Shown here piece by piece: positions 1 to 9,024 of a DNA stretch of 64,000 bases (position 1 is the stretch's first letter; every line of letters begins with the position of its first letter). The DNA is from Sulfolobales archaeon HS-7 (GTDB taxonomy: Archaea; Thermoproteota; Thermoprotei_A; Sulfolobales; Sulfolobaceae). The notes beneath the pieces were generated by a model that saw only the letters and a list, made by a program, of their open reading frames with translations, was not told the DNA's origin and ran no database searches. The stretch is taken from positions 224,001 through 288,000 of the forward strand of contig AP024596.1 of NCBI GenBank assembly GCA_019704295.1. Reading direction: 5' to 3'. The translations under genes were made by a program, and so were the position numbers.

Positions 1-922
1 TGGGCAGAAGGTTATCATAAGGCAACGAGAAATTGCCGTAGGGATAGACTTCAGCACCCTCTACGTATTCCGTTTGATTAACGAATATCGATGAGGTACC
101 GTTGGGGTACTTTATGACCCAGAGGCTGTTAAACGGGAACACTAAAACCTTATTCCCGCTTATAATAAGGCTAGGTAGGGCAAGTATTTGAGGCTCGTAA
201 AGCATATTACGTGTATTATTGTATACCACAAAGACGGTATTTCGTGGGGCTAGGTAAGCCCTACCGTAAACTGCGCTCTCTCCCGTATTGGGGAAACCAC
301 TGAAAATTGCCGGGGGTACGTACCATTTGTCATTTACTTTTATTTCGCTGGAAATTGATACGTTAAATCCTGGTGCAAAATAAGCTGTTGAACCGTTTCC
401 ATATCCCACTACTACCGTTCCAGAATTAGTGCCTACAACACCTCCATACACACCAGGTACGTATTTGGAAATGTCATCTTTCCACGTAATGTTAGATAAG
501 CAAAAGTCAATTACGACTCCGCTCCCGTTATTTTGCCACACCATGGTTAAAACATAAGTGTTACCGGTCATCTCCAATTCTGTAGAGACGATGTGATAAC
601 TCCCGTCGTAAAATATACTAATTCCCCATCCTGGGTGAAAATCCTCTCCGTAATACCAAAGAACGTTCTGCACAAATATTGGCGAATCATTAATGGAAAG
701 ACAGACATTCTGTTGAACGGAAGGTATTTGAGAGGTGGTACTAATATTGTAATACGTAATTGTCGAATTAATCCCATTAATTTGCATTACGGGGAATTCA
801 TAGCCGTAATCGTCAGGACCTATCCCCACACATATGCCGATCTGCGAATAGGTTAACATTGCTAACGCCGACAAAGCGATTACGATCGCCATGAGCAAAA
901 TACATGACGAATTACACGACAT
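1..922 (-). CDS. Thermopsin-family (peptidase A5-like) secreted protein, runs off the window start
   Basis: Not in the ORF track because there is no stop inside the window. The frame is open from ATG 922: MSCNSSCILLMAIVIALSALAML (signal peptide) ... SVQQNVCL ... FVQNVLW ... VVVGYGNGSTAYF ... NTGESA. These resemble thermopsin motifs (SLQLN, WVQNV, GGPGGGS, TGET), and there are many N-x-S/T sequons. Confidence 0.7.
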   Translation of the reverse strand, partial: MSCNSSCILLMAIVIALSALAMLTYSQIGICVGIGPDDYGYEFPVMQINGINSTITYYNISTTSQIPSVQQNVCLSINDSPIFVQNVLWYYGEDFHPGWGISIFYDGSYHIVSTELEMTGNTYVLTMVWQNNGSGVVIDFCLSNITWKDDISKYVPGVYGGVVGTNSGTVVVGYGNGSTAYFAPGFNVSISSEIKVNDKWYVPPAIFSGFPNTGESAVYGRAYLAPRNTVFVVYNNTRNMLYEPQILALPSLIISGNKVLVFPFNSLWVIKYPNGTSSIFVNQTEYVEGAEVYPYGNFSLPYDNLLP

Positions 923-1200
923 TTAAACCAGTCTCAGCAACTGTTATAAAATAATTCGTAGTAGGAAAATAAATTTGATTACCACCTATTGCTATTCCCT
1001 CGGTTCGTTTACTTTACCAATTCGATGTTAGCCAAGTCCTTTACACTTAGAAAGTCCCCATGCTCAATTAAGAGCTTTTCATTTTACGCTTCTACTGTAG
1101 ATGTAAAATCGGGGTCTAAGTCTGTACGATTATCTTTTGATAGAAAAGGCTAAGCCTTACTTTTATAGGTTTCATTTCTTTGAACTCCAGTTCTATATTA

Positions 1201-1367
1201 TAGGGGAGTTTCAGATTTCCATTGCGAATTGTAATTATAGCAAATAGTGATTAGATAGAGGAAATTGTTAATTCCGAAACTCAACAGTCCATGCGATAGT
1301 ATTGAATTAAATTTACTCTATTTTTCTAAATAAACTTAATCCACAATGAACGCGTGAATAGCCCCTA
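1201..1367. mobile_element. ~165-bp MITE with IS256-type TIRs, copy 1
   Basis: Imperfect TIRs taggggagtttcagatttccattgcgaatt / aatccacaatgaacgcgtgaatagccccta. The reverse complement aligns along its whole length with 47070-47235. Confidence 0.75.
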
Positions 1368-1466
1368 TAGGCTAAAGTAATTAAAGTATTTCAATCACAG
1401 CGAGTTTATTCTAATGTCTGTTAACGCAGATAACGTTAAAATCCTAAAAAAACTAATTATGTTCTA

Positions 1467-2198
1467 TTAATCCCCTGAGGACTTCAGGGAGTCAAGTAAC
1501 GATAAGTATGCATCTTCTAGGTTCCCTTTTTTCAACCCGGTCGTTATCTCTGAGGGTTTTCCCACGGCAATTATCTTCCCCTGAAAGAGGATCGCTATGT
1601 TGTCTGAGAGGTTTTCCGCTTCTTCCATATAATGGGTCGTCATGAAAACTATCCTCCCCTCCTTCTTTACTTCCCTTATGTAGTTCCACAGATCCCTTCG
1701 CGTCTGAGGATCTAATCCTACACTGGGTTCGTCCATGAATATAATAGAGGGGTTTCCCGCCAGAGCACACGCTATTGCTACTCTCCTCTGATATCCACCG
1801 GAAAGTCTTCTGAACTTAACTCTCCTGTAATCCTCAAGTGAAAAGAGGGAAATTAATTGCTCCGTTTGATTGTTACGTCCAGAATAGAGCTTGACGAAGT
1901 ATTCAATATTCTCCTCAACCGTAAGATCTGCAAAACCCACGAATTTTTGGGGTACAACGCCGATTTGCCCCCTGATTTTCGAACATCGCTTAGGAACTTC
2001 CAATCCGTTTACTATTACTTCTCCTGCCGTAGGACGAGTGACGCATGACAATATATTAACTGTGGTTGTCTTACCTGCTCCGTTAGGACCTAAGAGTGAG
2101 AAAATAGTTCCGTATTCAACGGTGAAACTAATCCCCTTTAGGGCTTCTACATTCTGTTTGTAAATCTTTTTTAAATTCCTAACGGTGATGCCGCTCAA
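1467..2198 (-). CDS. ABC transporter ATP-binding protein (ABC-2/drug exporter type), no adjacent permease
   Basis: Walker A GPNGAGKTT, signature LSGG, Walker B IIFMDEP, H-loop TTH. Confidence 0.9.
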   Translation of the reverse strand: MSGITVRNLKKIYKQNVEALKGISFTVEYGTIFSLLGPNGAGKTTTVNILSCVTRPTAGEVIVNGLEVPKRCSKIRGQIGVVPQKFVGFADLTVEENIEYFVKLYSGRNNQTEQLISLFSLEDYRRVKFRRLSGGYQRRVAIACALAGNPSIIFMDEPSVGLDPQTRRDLWNYIREVKKEGRIVFMTTHYMEEAENLSDNIAILFQGKIIAVGKPSEITTGLKKGNLEDAYLSLLDSLKSSGD

Positions 2199-2544
2199 CT
2201 AGCCCATCTACAGTCTATTTTCTTTGAAACAAAAAACGATTTTCTTGTAAATTCTTGAAATCTTAGTAACCAGTGAAAGCCATCGCTGTGTTATTTCCTT
2301 TGTAATTGTGTGCGTTCTTGGGCAGTCCATACGTTAAGGCAAATTATAGTATTCTTCATGAATTAGTATAGTTCGGCATATAATGATCTAAATATAATTG
2401 TAAGAGAAATGAGGATGGCTTTAATATTATGAGAATAATCTTAGAAGTTTTACGCGATAGTATACTGTAGAACTTGCAAAATTTTCCGCTAGAAGTAGAA
2501 CAGACGGGAGCCTATCGGACCCTCTCCTTTCCTTAAAGCTGATA

Positions 2545-2760
2545 GATCACGGAATAAGATTCTGATACTTCCCTAAACCTCTTATGCAGATTAGCGCGAC
2601 CCTTAAGGCCTGTGAAGCCCTCTACCACTAACAAGGCGAAGTTGTGAAGCAGAAAGCTTTCTCCTTCAAGGTAGATGCAAAAATAGGGAAGTTGGTTATC
2701 AAGTAACGGAAAAATTATTTCGATAAGTACTTACAGGTCTAAGCCTATGGAGTTAGTTCA
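2545..2760 (+). mobile_element. Degenerate IS200/IS605 tnpB 3' end / omegaRNA-region remnant
   Basis: GAT TCT GAT ACT TCC CTA AAC CTC (DSDTSLNL, similar to DYNASLNI) is followed by cccttaaggcctgtg...gaagcagaaa, matching cccttagagcctgtg...gaagcaggaaa at 47500-47590. Confidence 0.5.
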
Positions 2761-2819
2761 TGACTAAAGGATATTAAGGGCTAATTTAACTCTTGCATCC
2801 ATATCTAGAACTTATTATA

Positions 2820-3509
2820 CTAAACCAGCTTGCTATTTATTCTATTTTCTAACAGGTACAGAATTAATGAAATTGACCCAGCTAAGGAAGAAGCTACTAA
2901 TAGTGGAATAAATAATTCAGGTTTTGCGGAAAGGACAAACGTCAGAGAAAACAGGAAATAGGGTATTATGAAGAGTGGACTTAGCCGGCTATAATAGGTC
3001 CTGTTGGAGAAGGTAAGCGAGATTATGAGGGATACTAAATACCATCCCAAGAAATTGGTCACTGGGATCCCAAACCATTCAACAGCCGATGGCGCCCACG
3101 TCCAGAAACCAGCCGTGACCATTACGGGGTCGACAGACAAATCTATTATGACCATAAGTAGTGGGAAAAAGATCACTTTATACTTTTTGGGAAAATCCAT
3201 TATGACTAAGTAAGATATAAAACTGAATACTCCCCAACCCAATATAACGAATATTGGGACACCTAGGATATAAGGCGGAAAGTTGTATGCATAACGGCCG
3301 AAGGGAATTCCTGTGTGTATTCCCAATTCCTCGAAGAGAAATCCGACTATCATTGAAACTAAGACTACCGTTATAACATCTTTTCTTCTTATGGAGATTA
3401 GGATTAGAGAAACGATCGATAACAAAAAGAAGGTGATGACAGATCCGTTCAAAATTATACCTACAATCAATATGACAAGTGAAGCTAGTTGAACTTTATC
3501 AATATCCAT
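2820..3509 (-). CDS. Carotenoid biosynthesis membrane protein (CruF/DUF422 family)
   Basis: Multi-TM protein with EELGIHTGIPFGRYAY, GVP..ILGW, DLSVDP...GFWTW and GIPVTNFLGW motifs. Confidence 0.8.
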   Translation of the reverse strand: MDIDKVQLASLVILIVGIILNGSVITFFLLSIVSLILISIRRKDVITVVLVSMIVGFLFEELGIHTGIPFGRYAYNFPPYILGVPIFVILGWGVFSFISYLVIMDFPKKYKVIFFPLLMVIIDLSVDPVMVTAGFWTWAPSAVEWFGIPVTNFLGWYLVSLIISLTFSNRTYYSRLSPLFIIPYFLFSLTFVLSAKPELFIPLLVASSLAGSISLILYLLENRINSKLV

Positions 3510-3559
3510 GTAACTACGTTCAGGCGATCTCTTAAGAGGCTCTATTAAACTTATTGGTC

Positions 3560-3890
3560 AAGGAGATCGGGAAAAAGGCCCTTGGGATAAGATAAGTCAC
3601 AAATAGGGGGTTATGAGGAAAGGGTTTAAAATTGTATCTCCTTAAGGGCTTCGCGATCGTGATAAAATATAGGTGGGAGATCTACAGACTCTTCTACGTT
3701 AGGGTGAAATTACCTGTCTTGTACGAGGAGGGTCAGGACACAAGTATAAGATAAACTGAAACAGGAGAGCAACGGAGTGGTTAAGTACCTTCCCATACTT
3801 CTCCTTTTGGGGGTTATTCAAAGGCCTTTTTAGTAGCAACACCAAACGCCAAGAGCAACTTCAAATAGGTAGATGGAAAAACGTTAAAGT
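3560..3890 (+). mobile_element. IS256-family (ISC1250-like) transposase fragment
   Basis: The broken frame LKGFAIVIKYRWEIYRLFYVRVKLPVLYEEG aligns with LVKGVVFVM...ELFYVTIKLPVFY in the remnant at 35131-36375. Confidence 0.6.
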
Positions 3891-3894
3891 AACT

Positions 3895-4070
3895 TTTACG
3901 GGAAAACGTATAGCATTAAGGGTGAGGATAGCGACTCCCTATGAGGGTTTAGTCTAAGGAGGTTCAAGTTGTCCAAAGGTAAGAACGCCGAGGACTACGC
4001 TGTTGATATATGCAACTTTCTGAACTCGCTATTTCCATAGCTGTGTTAGATACGAGGCGTGTAGTACCTT
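3895..4070 (+). repeat. ~175-bp dispersed element, copy A
   Basis: gggaaaacgtatagcattaagggtgag...ctgaactcgctatttccatagctgtgttag...gtagtacctt aligns with copies at 35423, 39569, 46729 and 62953. Confidence 0.7.
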
Positions 4071-4229
4071 AAAGAGGAACAGCGAGCGAAAGGAAGGAAT
4101 TAAACTTTCTTAATCTGAAGTAGGACAACCTCATGGGGACACCTTCGTACCCTGGAAAAAGGGACTCAACAGTTAAAACCCCTTTTAGGAGAGAAAATAA
4201 CTTTAATTTACCTAAAAAGAATAGAACAT

Positions 4230-4610
4230 ATGTATTTCAAACTAAAACAGGAGGAGGTTAAACTCGAACAGGTTCAGGTTCCAGGTTCACGTGATGCCTT
4301 TATTCAATGGTTGGCTACTAGGGAAAGGGGTTCTACGAGATATGCGGTCAGGAAATTCACCGTGAAACCCGACGGTATCATAGCCATGCATAAGCATCCG
4401 TATGAGGAGGCAGTTTACGTGATTAATGGAGAGGCTAAGGTTTGTGTAGGTGAAAGAAAAGAGGATATTAGGCAAGGAGAGCTAATTTATATATCGGGTG
4501 GCGAACCCCATTCCTTCTTCAATCACAGTAAGAACGAGCTAGAATTCATCTGTATAATTCCATACATAGAGGACATGACCATTACCCCAGTTAGTGGCGA
4601 CTGCGTTTAG
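4230..4610 (+). CDS. Cupin domain protein
   Basis: H-x-H-x-x-E motif ([11 protein letters not shown]) plus GELIYI...PHSF. Convergent with, and overlapping, the 3' end of the oxidase subunit I gene. Confidence 0.85.
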   Translation: MYFKLKQEEVKLEQVQVPGSRDAFIQWLATRERGSTRYAVRKFTVKPDGIIAMHKHPYEEAVYVINGEAKVCVGERKEDIRQGELIYISGGEPHSFFNHSKNELEFICIIPYIEDMTITPVSGDCV

Positions 4611-6237
4611 AGCCAATCAAGGAGAACATGGACCTCTTTATTCTCTGAAAGTCCTGTTTGAAAGTGCCCATTAATGGAGAACCCTCTAGTGGAGGAACCC
4701 ATCTAAGTGAGTAAGTAACGGTCGCAACAGCCTGTTCCACAGTCCCTATTTCGGTATTTACTGGGGACCCTTTAACCATTGATGCCAGAACGTTTAAGAG
4801 CCATACCAAAGTTGCACCGTCGGCTAAGAAAGCTCCAGCTGTAGCAACGACTTCAGCTATTACGTTTTCCGGAGTCCTAGGAAATATTTCAGATCTCCTA
4901 ACTATTCCATCGAGCCCAAGCTGATCAAACCCGTATACTATCATCCCCGCTCCTATTGTGTATCCGAAGAAGTGTACCCACGCCGCCTTTGTAGAATACC
5001 AGTTCCTTCCCGTAATTATAGGGAGGATCAGGTAAAGTATTGCGAAACCTGCTGGGACAATGGAGAAAAATATCATAGCATGGAAATGGCCTACCACCCA
5101 CATTGTGTTGTGAATTATGGAGTCAAACGAGATTGTACCGTTGGCTATTCCCGTTACTCCCGCCCCAATTGCTCCAGCGAATGCAGTAACGACCCATGCC
5201 GTGATCACGTTCCATTCCACCTTTCCTCCCCTAGCGGTTGCCCACAGATTGAAAAAGGTCATCATTGACGGAACTACGACCGCATAGGTGAAGATTTCCT
5301 CAACTATTTTCAGGACGACCGGAAGGTCTACCATATAGAGGTGATGAATGGGGACGTTATTGGAGAAGATCAGGTAGAGTATGGCTGAAATCCTTCCCAT
5401 TCTGTCACTATAAAGCGGTTTGTTCGATAATAGAGGTACTAGTACGTAAAGGGCGCCAACTGCCGGAAGCCATGTCATATACACTACTGAATGACCGAAA
5501 ATCCACCATGAAATTTGATTTGCAATGGGATTTATTGAAACCACATTGTAATACCCTAAAACGTCCCATATATCCGAGAAAGTCCTTCCAGAATAACCCA
5601 TTAAGTACACCAGGACGTCCATAAGGAAGAAGAGAAGACCGATAGGAAGTTTCTGACTCATTTGCTTACTCGCCAAGTAGAAGTGATAGAGAATCCATAT
5701 GCCCATTATATAAGTACCTATATCTACCATGAGGCTTCCAATAAACCAAAGGGGAGACGCCACATAAGAGGAGTAACCAGGCAGTCCTATCGGAGAGAGG
5801 TAATACCAACTAGTTGCAGGGAAGAAGTTATCGTTGAACTTAGGGTATAGTATTATTGGTCCTTCCTGTAGCATAAAGGATATGTTAAATATTATGAAGC
5901 CAATGTTGAATACCCATTTCCCCCTTGCTTTTACTTTCGTTTGCCAGAATAAGAAGAATATGAAGATAGCGAACTCTAGCTGCTGCGCAAAACCGAGTAG
6001 ATCTCTAACCGCATGCAGACCTATTCCCGCGTAGTATTCCTGACTTGTCATCAACAAAGTGGCCTGAGTACCCCAAGCGGCCTCTTGGATCCTAACCATA
6101 AGTGAGTCAATGAGTCCTAACACCCCCCAGATTAATGCCATAACTATCATTCCCATAACTACGCGTTTGTACCATTCATCATTCTTGAGTTGAAACAATT
6201 GGTTAATAATATCTGTTAGCCCTATTTTCTCTGCCAT
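4591..6237 (-). CDS. doxB: Heme-copper terminal oxidase subunit I, DoxB-type (Sulfolobales quinol oxidase)
   Basis: All six His ligands are present: LHAVRD, GHSVVY (His-Tyr crosslink), PIHHLY, GHFHAM. It also has the RR heme-propionate pair (GIVRRS), about 12 TM helices, and a sequence pattern matching DoxB as I recall it. Confidence 0.8.
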   Translation of the reverse strand: MAEKIGLTDIINQLFQLKNDEWYKRVVMGMIVMALIWGVLGLIDSLMVRIQEAAWGTQATLLMTSQEYYAGIGLHAVRDLLGFAQQLEFAIFIFFLFWQTKVKARGKWVFNIGFIIFNISFMLQEGPIILYPKFNDNFFPATSWYYLSPIGLPGYSSYVASPLWFIGSLMVDIGTYIMGIWILYHFYLASKQMSQKLPIGLLFFLMDVLVYLMGYSGRTFSDIWDVLGYYNVVSINPIANQISWWIFGHSVVYMTWLPAVGALYVLVPLLSNKPLYSDRMGRISAILYLIFSNNVPIHHLYMVDLPVVLKIVEEIFTYAVVVPSMMTFFNLWATARGGKVEWNVITAWVVTAFAGAIGAGVTGIANGTISFDSIIHNTMWVVGHFHAMIFFSIVPAGFAILYLILPIITGRNWYSTKAAWVHFFGYTIGAGMIVYGFDQLGLDGIVRRSEIFPRTPENVIAEVVATAGAFLADGATLVWLLNVLASMVKGSPVNTEIGTVEQAVATVTYSLRWVPPLEGSPLMGTFKQDFQRIKRSMFSLIGSKRSRH

Positions 6238-6258
6238 AATATAGAACTACTCTGAGAT

Positions 6259-6272
6259 CTTTATAAACTTTC
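6259..6272 (-). promoter_or_regulatory. BRE/TATA promoter of doxB (leaderless)
   Basis: gaaagtttataaag on the minus strand, about 25-30 nt upstream of ATG 6237. Confidence 0.6.
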
Positions 6273-6463
6273 TTTTTAAAAAAATAAACGCCTTTTCTAC
6301 TTCATTTTCTAAATACTAAAATTACCTCCCTTGAAAGGAGATCCACCTATTAAATAGCGTGTATAAGAAGATCAATATAATTGTGAAAGTATATACTATT
6401 AAGCAGATTTCTTGGGGTTGTTGTTGGTAAAAGTATATATATTTGATTAAGTGTACATATATT

Positions 6464-6757
6464 ATGGGAGAAAAAGACGAGAGAATTATAGCAGAAATGA
6501 GGTTGACTGACGGAAAGTTAATAGAGGAAAGGGGGAGTTGTCCTGTAAATAAGGATAAACTATTCCGCATTATCCAAGAAAATATTCAAACAGCAAAGGA
6601 GCATTACTCTAGTGAAATAGGGGACGTAATGGGATTCACCATGATCCTTGATGAAATGGGGTTTTTAGTCCTGAGGGACAAGGTGATCGTGGTAAAGGCA
6701 AGGGCTGTGTGCTGGGACGACCTCATAAAGAAGTACATTGAGGTGAGGGAAAATTAA
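6464..6757 (+). CDS. DUF2173-like (roadblock-like) small protein
   Basis: AEMRLTDGKLIEERG...GFTM...KVIVV...WDDL. A TATA (aaagtatatat) lies about 25-30 nt upstream of ATG 6464, so 6464 is the likely start rather than 6443. Confidence 0.6.
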   Translation: MGEKDERIIAEMRLTDGKLIEERGSCPVNKDKLFRIIQENIQTAKEHYSSEIGDVMGFTMILDEMGFLVLRDKVIVVKARAVCWDDLIKKYIEVREN

Positions 6758-6761
6758 GGGA

Positions 6762-7166
6762 TTGAGGAGAGTAGTCGACGAAAATGATGAATTGGGTAAG
6801 GTGGCAAGAGAGGATCTAAAGAAGGGTATGGAGGAGGCTAAAGAGCTTGGATTTAAAAGAATTAACGGATTCGCAGTAATAGGAACAAAAGGTAGTGTAG
6901 TTCATGTAAGGAATAAGGTGATCTTGGTCGATACTTACAATACAAACTGGGACAGCCTATTCCGTTATTTCACCTTCTTTAAGGGCTACTTAATAGCTGG
7001 GGTTGTTCTCTTCTCTTTGGCTCTACTGATGACCTACTTGTCGTTCTTTACCTCATACATGAATTATTTTGAACCTGGACCTAAAATCTACTCCAACATA
7101 CTACTTTACATAATATCAATAATCCTATTGTTTATGTCTAGAACTAAATGGAGCTATAGACTCTGA
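6762..7166 (+). CDS. Paralogous DUF2173-like domain fused to two C-terminal TM helices
   Basis: GFAVIGTKGSVVHVRNKVILVDTYNTNWDSLFR aligns with GFTMILDEMGFLVLRDKVIVVKARAVCWDDLIK of the upstream ORF. The C-terminus is hydrophobic. Confidence 0.6.
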   Translation: MRRVVDENDELGKVAREDLKKGMEEAKELGFKRINGFAVIGTKGSVVHVRNKVILVDTYNTNWDSLFRYFTFFKGYLIAGVVLFSLALLMTYLSFFTSYMNYFEPGPKIYSNILLYIISIILLFMSRTKWSYRL

Positions 7167-7438
7167 AAACGAGGAAACGTTGTGTAAAATAGAATTTAAG
7201 AGAATTACCTTTTCCATCGTATAGGGGCTTAACAAGATTTACTATCCTCGTGGGGGATTATATTCCTTTTAAAAGATCCTAATGAGATTAAACATAAAGA
7301 GAGATCAAAGATAGATCAAAATGAGTTGTTCAGAAAAAAGAACAATATTAGCGAATTTAGGCTTAAACTAGTACTTTCTGAAAATCTAGAAAAAGGTTTA
7401 ATAACTTGAAAAAGGGATAATCTACTTGTGATGAATAA

Positions 7439-7615
7439 TTGTTCGGCGTATTAATATACCTAAGCTTAACCGGTGCATTTCTAATAGCTCTAAGTTCACT
7501 GTTTTTATTTCTTGACGGATCATCGCTTTTAGGTCAATGGGGCTGGTTGGCCGTATTAACTGTGGGGATATTCATGATTTCCCCCTCACTCCTTAGGGAG
7601 ATGAAAGGAATATAG
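7439..7615 (+). CDS. 58-aa two-TM small membrane protein (not in the ORF track)
   Basis: TTG start after gtga, with a TATA at ~7397. Sequence: MFGVLIYLSLTGAFLIALSSLFLFLDGSSLLGQWGWLAVLTVGIFMISPSLLREMKGI*. It ends 9 nt before doxC, whose GGTGA RBS follows the stop. Confidence 0.6.
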   Translation: MFGVLIYLSLTGAFLIALSSLFLFLDGSSLLGQWGWLAVLTVGIFMISPSLLREMKGI

Positions 7616-7624
7616 GGTGATAAT

Positions 7625-8713
7625 ATGGATAAGAATGAGAAATGGGAAATTTCGTTCACTCTTTTCGTAATATTACTTTTTGCCATTGTAATAGTGGCGA
7701 CCTCAGGTCAGGACTTTCAGGTGGGCGGAGTGCCGCAAAGTGCCAAGTTAGTTAAGGACTATTCCACACAGAGAGTTGTCGACGTTCAGATCACTCAGGA
7801 ACAATACGTTTTTAACGTGACTGAGATGGGTGCTGTAAACGCGACTTTCGAAGGCCGTAATTACCTCTTTAACTTAATATTCGCTCATCCCGGTGAAGTC
7901 CTAAACCTAACCATGAGCGCTAAGCAATACCCCTATGGTTCCGCAACGGGGAACTTCTACTTTCCAGATTACGCAGATAGGTTTGTGGATGATCAGATCG
8001 TACCTGGACTTACGGCATACGATGCTCTACCCGTACCCAATGTTACGGGGGTATACGCTTTTCTTGATGGGGAGTACGACGGTCCTTGGTTTTCCTATCA
8101 GTTAGGAGAACTGTTGGTACTTCCCTCCTCTGGGTATTTCACTACATACAACTTAACTACCTATTTCCTCCAAACTGAGAAGGCGTACACTACGGGACTT
8201 GTTGGCGATCCCTATAATCCGCCAATAGTCTTCTTCAATAACACTGATACACCAGTAATTTCCTTTGTAGGTGACCAGGAGGGACTCCTTCATCTGACAA
8301 CTTCTGGATATCTTGAAAGCGTTGTTAGTGCAAGTAGAGCGAGCGTCCCCGCACCTACAGTTATCGTAAAAAGAGGTTCCAACGTTACGTTAACGATCTA
8401 TATTCCATATCCTGTGTCAGATAATGACTTCTTCAAGACTTACGTTAACGGTACGGCTGCTCCCTTATACAATGTAACCCTTGGGATCTACGGTGTATAT
8501 AATAACGGTACAATTGTACCCGTGGCCACTACACAGATTAAATACAATACTACATTAACGTTTAATTTTAACGCAACTTTCCCCGCTTACATCTACGGAA
8601 TTGTAAATCCCGTTTTCACTCAATATAACCCTGATAACGAGGCTAATTTAGTAACTGGAGAGGATTTCGGGTTAGTTATGGGGGCTTGGGGAGTAATCCT
8701 GGTGGAGGAATGA
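7625..8713 (+). CDS. doxC: DoxC-type oxidase subunit: membrane-anchored, copper-less cupredoxin-like
   Basis: N-terminal TM helix and a subunit-II-like fold with degenerate CuA motif (GVYAFLDGEYDGPWFSYQ). It has no Cys, 12 N-glycosylation sequons and a GGTGA RBS. Confidence 0.7.
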   Translation: MDKNEKWEISFTLFVILLFAIVIVATSGQDFQVGGVPQSAKLVKDYSTQRVVDVQITQEQYVFNVTEMGAVNATFEGRNYLFNLIFAHPGEVLNLTMSAKQYPYGSATGNFYFPDYADRFVDDQIVPGLTAYDALPVPNVTGVYAFLDGEYDGPWFSYQLGELLVLPSSGYFTTYNLTTYFLQTEKAYTTGLVGDPYNPPIVFFNNTDTPVISFVGDQEGLLHLTTSGYLESVVSASRASVPAPTVIVKRGSNVTLTIYIPYPVSDNDFFKTYVNGTAAPLYNVTLGIYGVYNNGTIVPVATTQIKYNTTLTFNFNATFPAYIYGIVNPVFTQYNPDNEANLVTGEDFGLVMGAWGVILVEE

Positions 8714-8716
8714 GGA

Positions 8717-8908
8717 ATGCAGATAAGCATGTTTAAGGCAATGGGAATAGGATACATGCTGGCTTTGGCTCTTCTTCTTTGGGAAATAGGTGATATCTCT
8801 CTCCATAAGGCTGCAATGCCGTTCGTCTTACCCTTCACCTTAGCCGCACTGGTGGGATTCTTGGCCTATTTTCTCTTCGTATACTTTGCGCCCAAGGAGG
8901 AAAAGTAG
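8717..8908 (+). CDS. doxE: Small two-TM oxidase subunit (DoxE-like)
   Basis: 63-aa hydrophobic protein 3 nt after doxC. Size and position match DoxE. Confidence 0.55.
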   Translation: MQISMFKAMGIGYMLALALLLWEIGDISLHKAAMPFVLPFTLAALVGFLAYFLFVYFAPKEEK

Positions 8909-9024
8909 CACTAATAAGCCTTTCTCTACTCCAATTAGGATTCTTTTATCAAATACTTAGGCGAAGAATGAAGGGCGAATTACACGTCTATTACTAAAAA
9001 AGCTTTTTTCGGAACGATAATACT

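Noticed and set aside
568-856. Track ORFs 568-777 and 593-856, and the many short antisense ORFs inside long genes
   Set aside because: These are shadow frames of real genes and have no motifs.
1206-1282. 77-bp SM1-like MITE with GAGTTTC/GAAACTC ends
   Set aside because: It is only half of the larger ~165-bp element, as shown by full-length alignment with 47070-47235.
4591-6237. Nitric oxide reductase or cbb3-type oxidase
   Set aside because: The helix VI Tyr is present, the NOR Glu motif is absent, and there are no cytochrome c subunits. The sequence fits DoxB.
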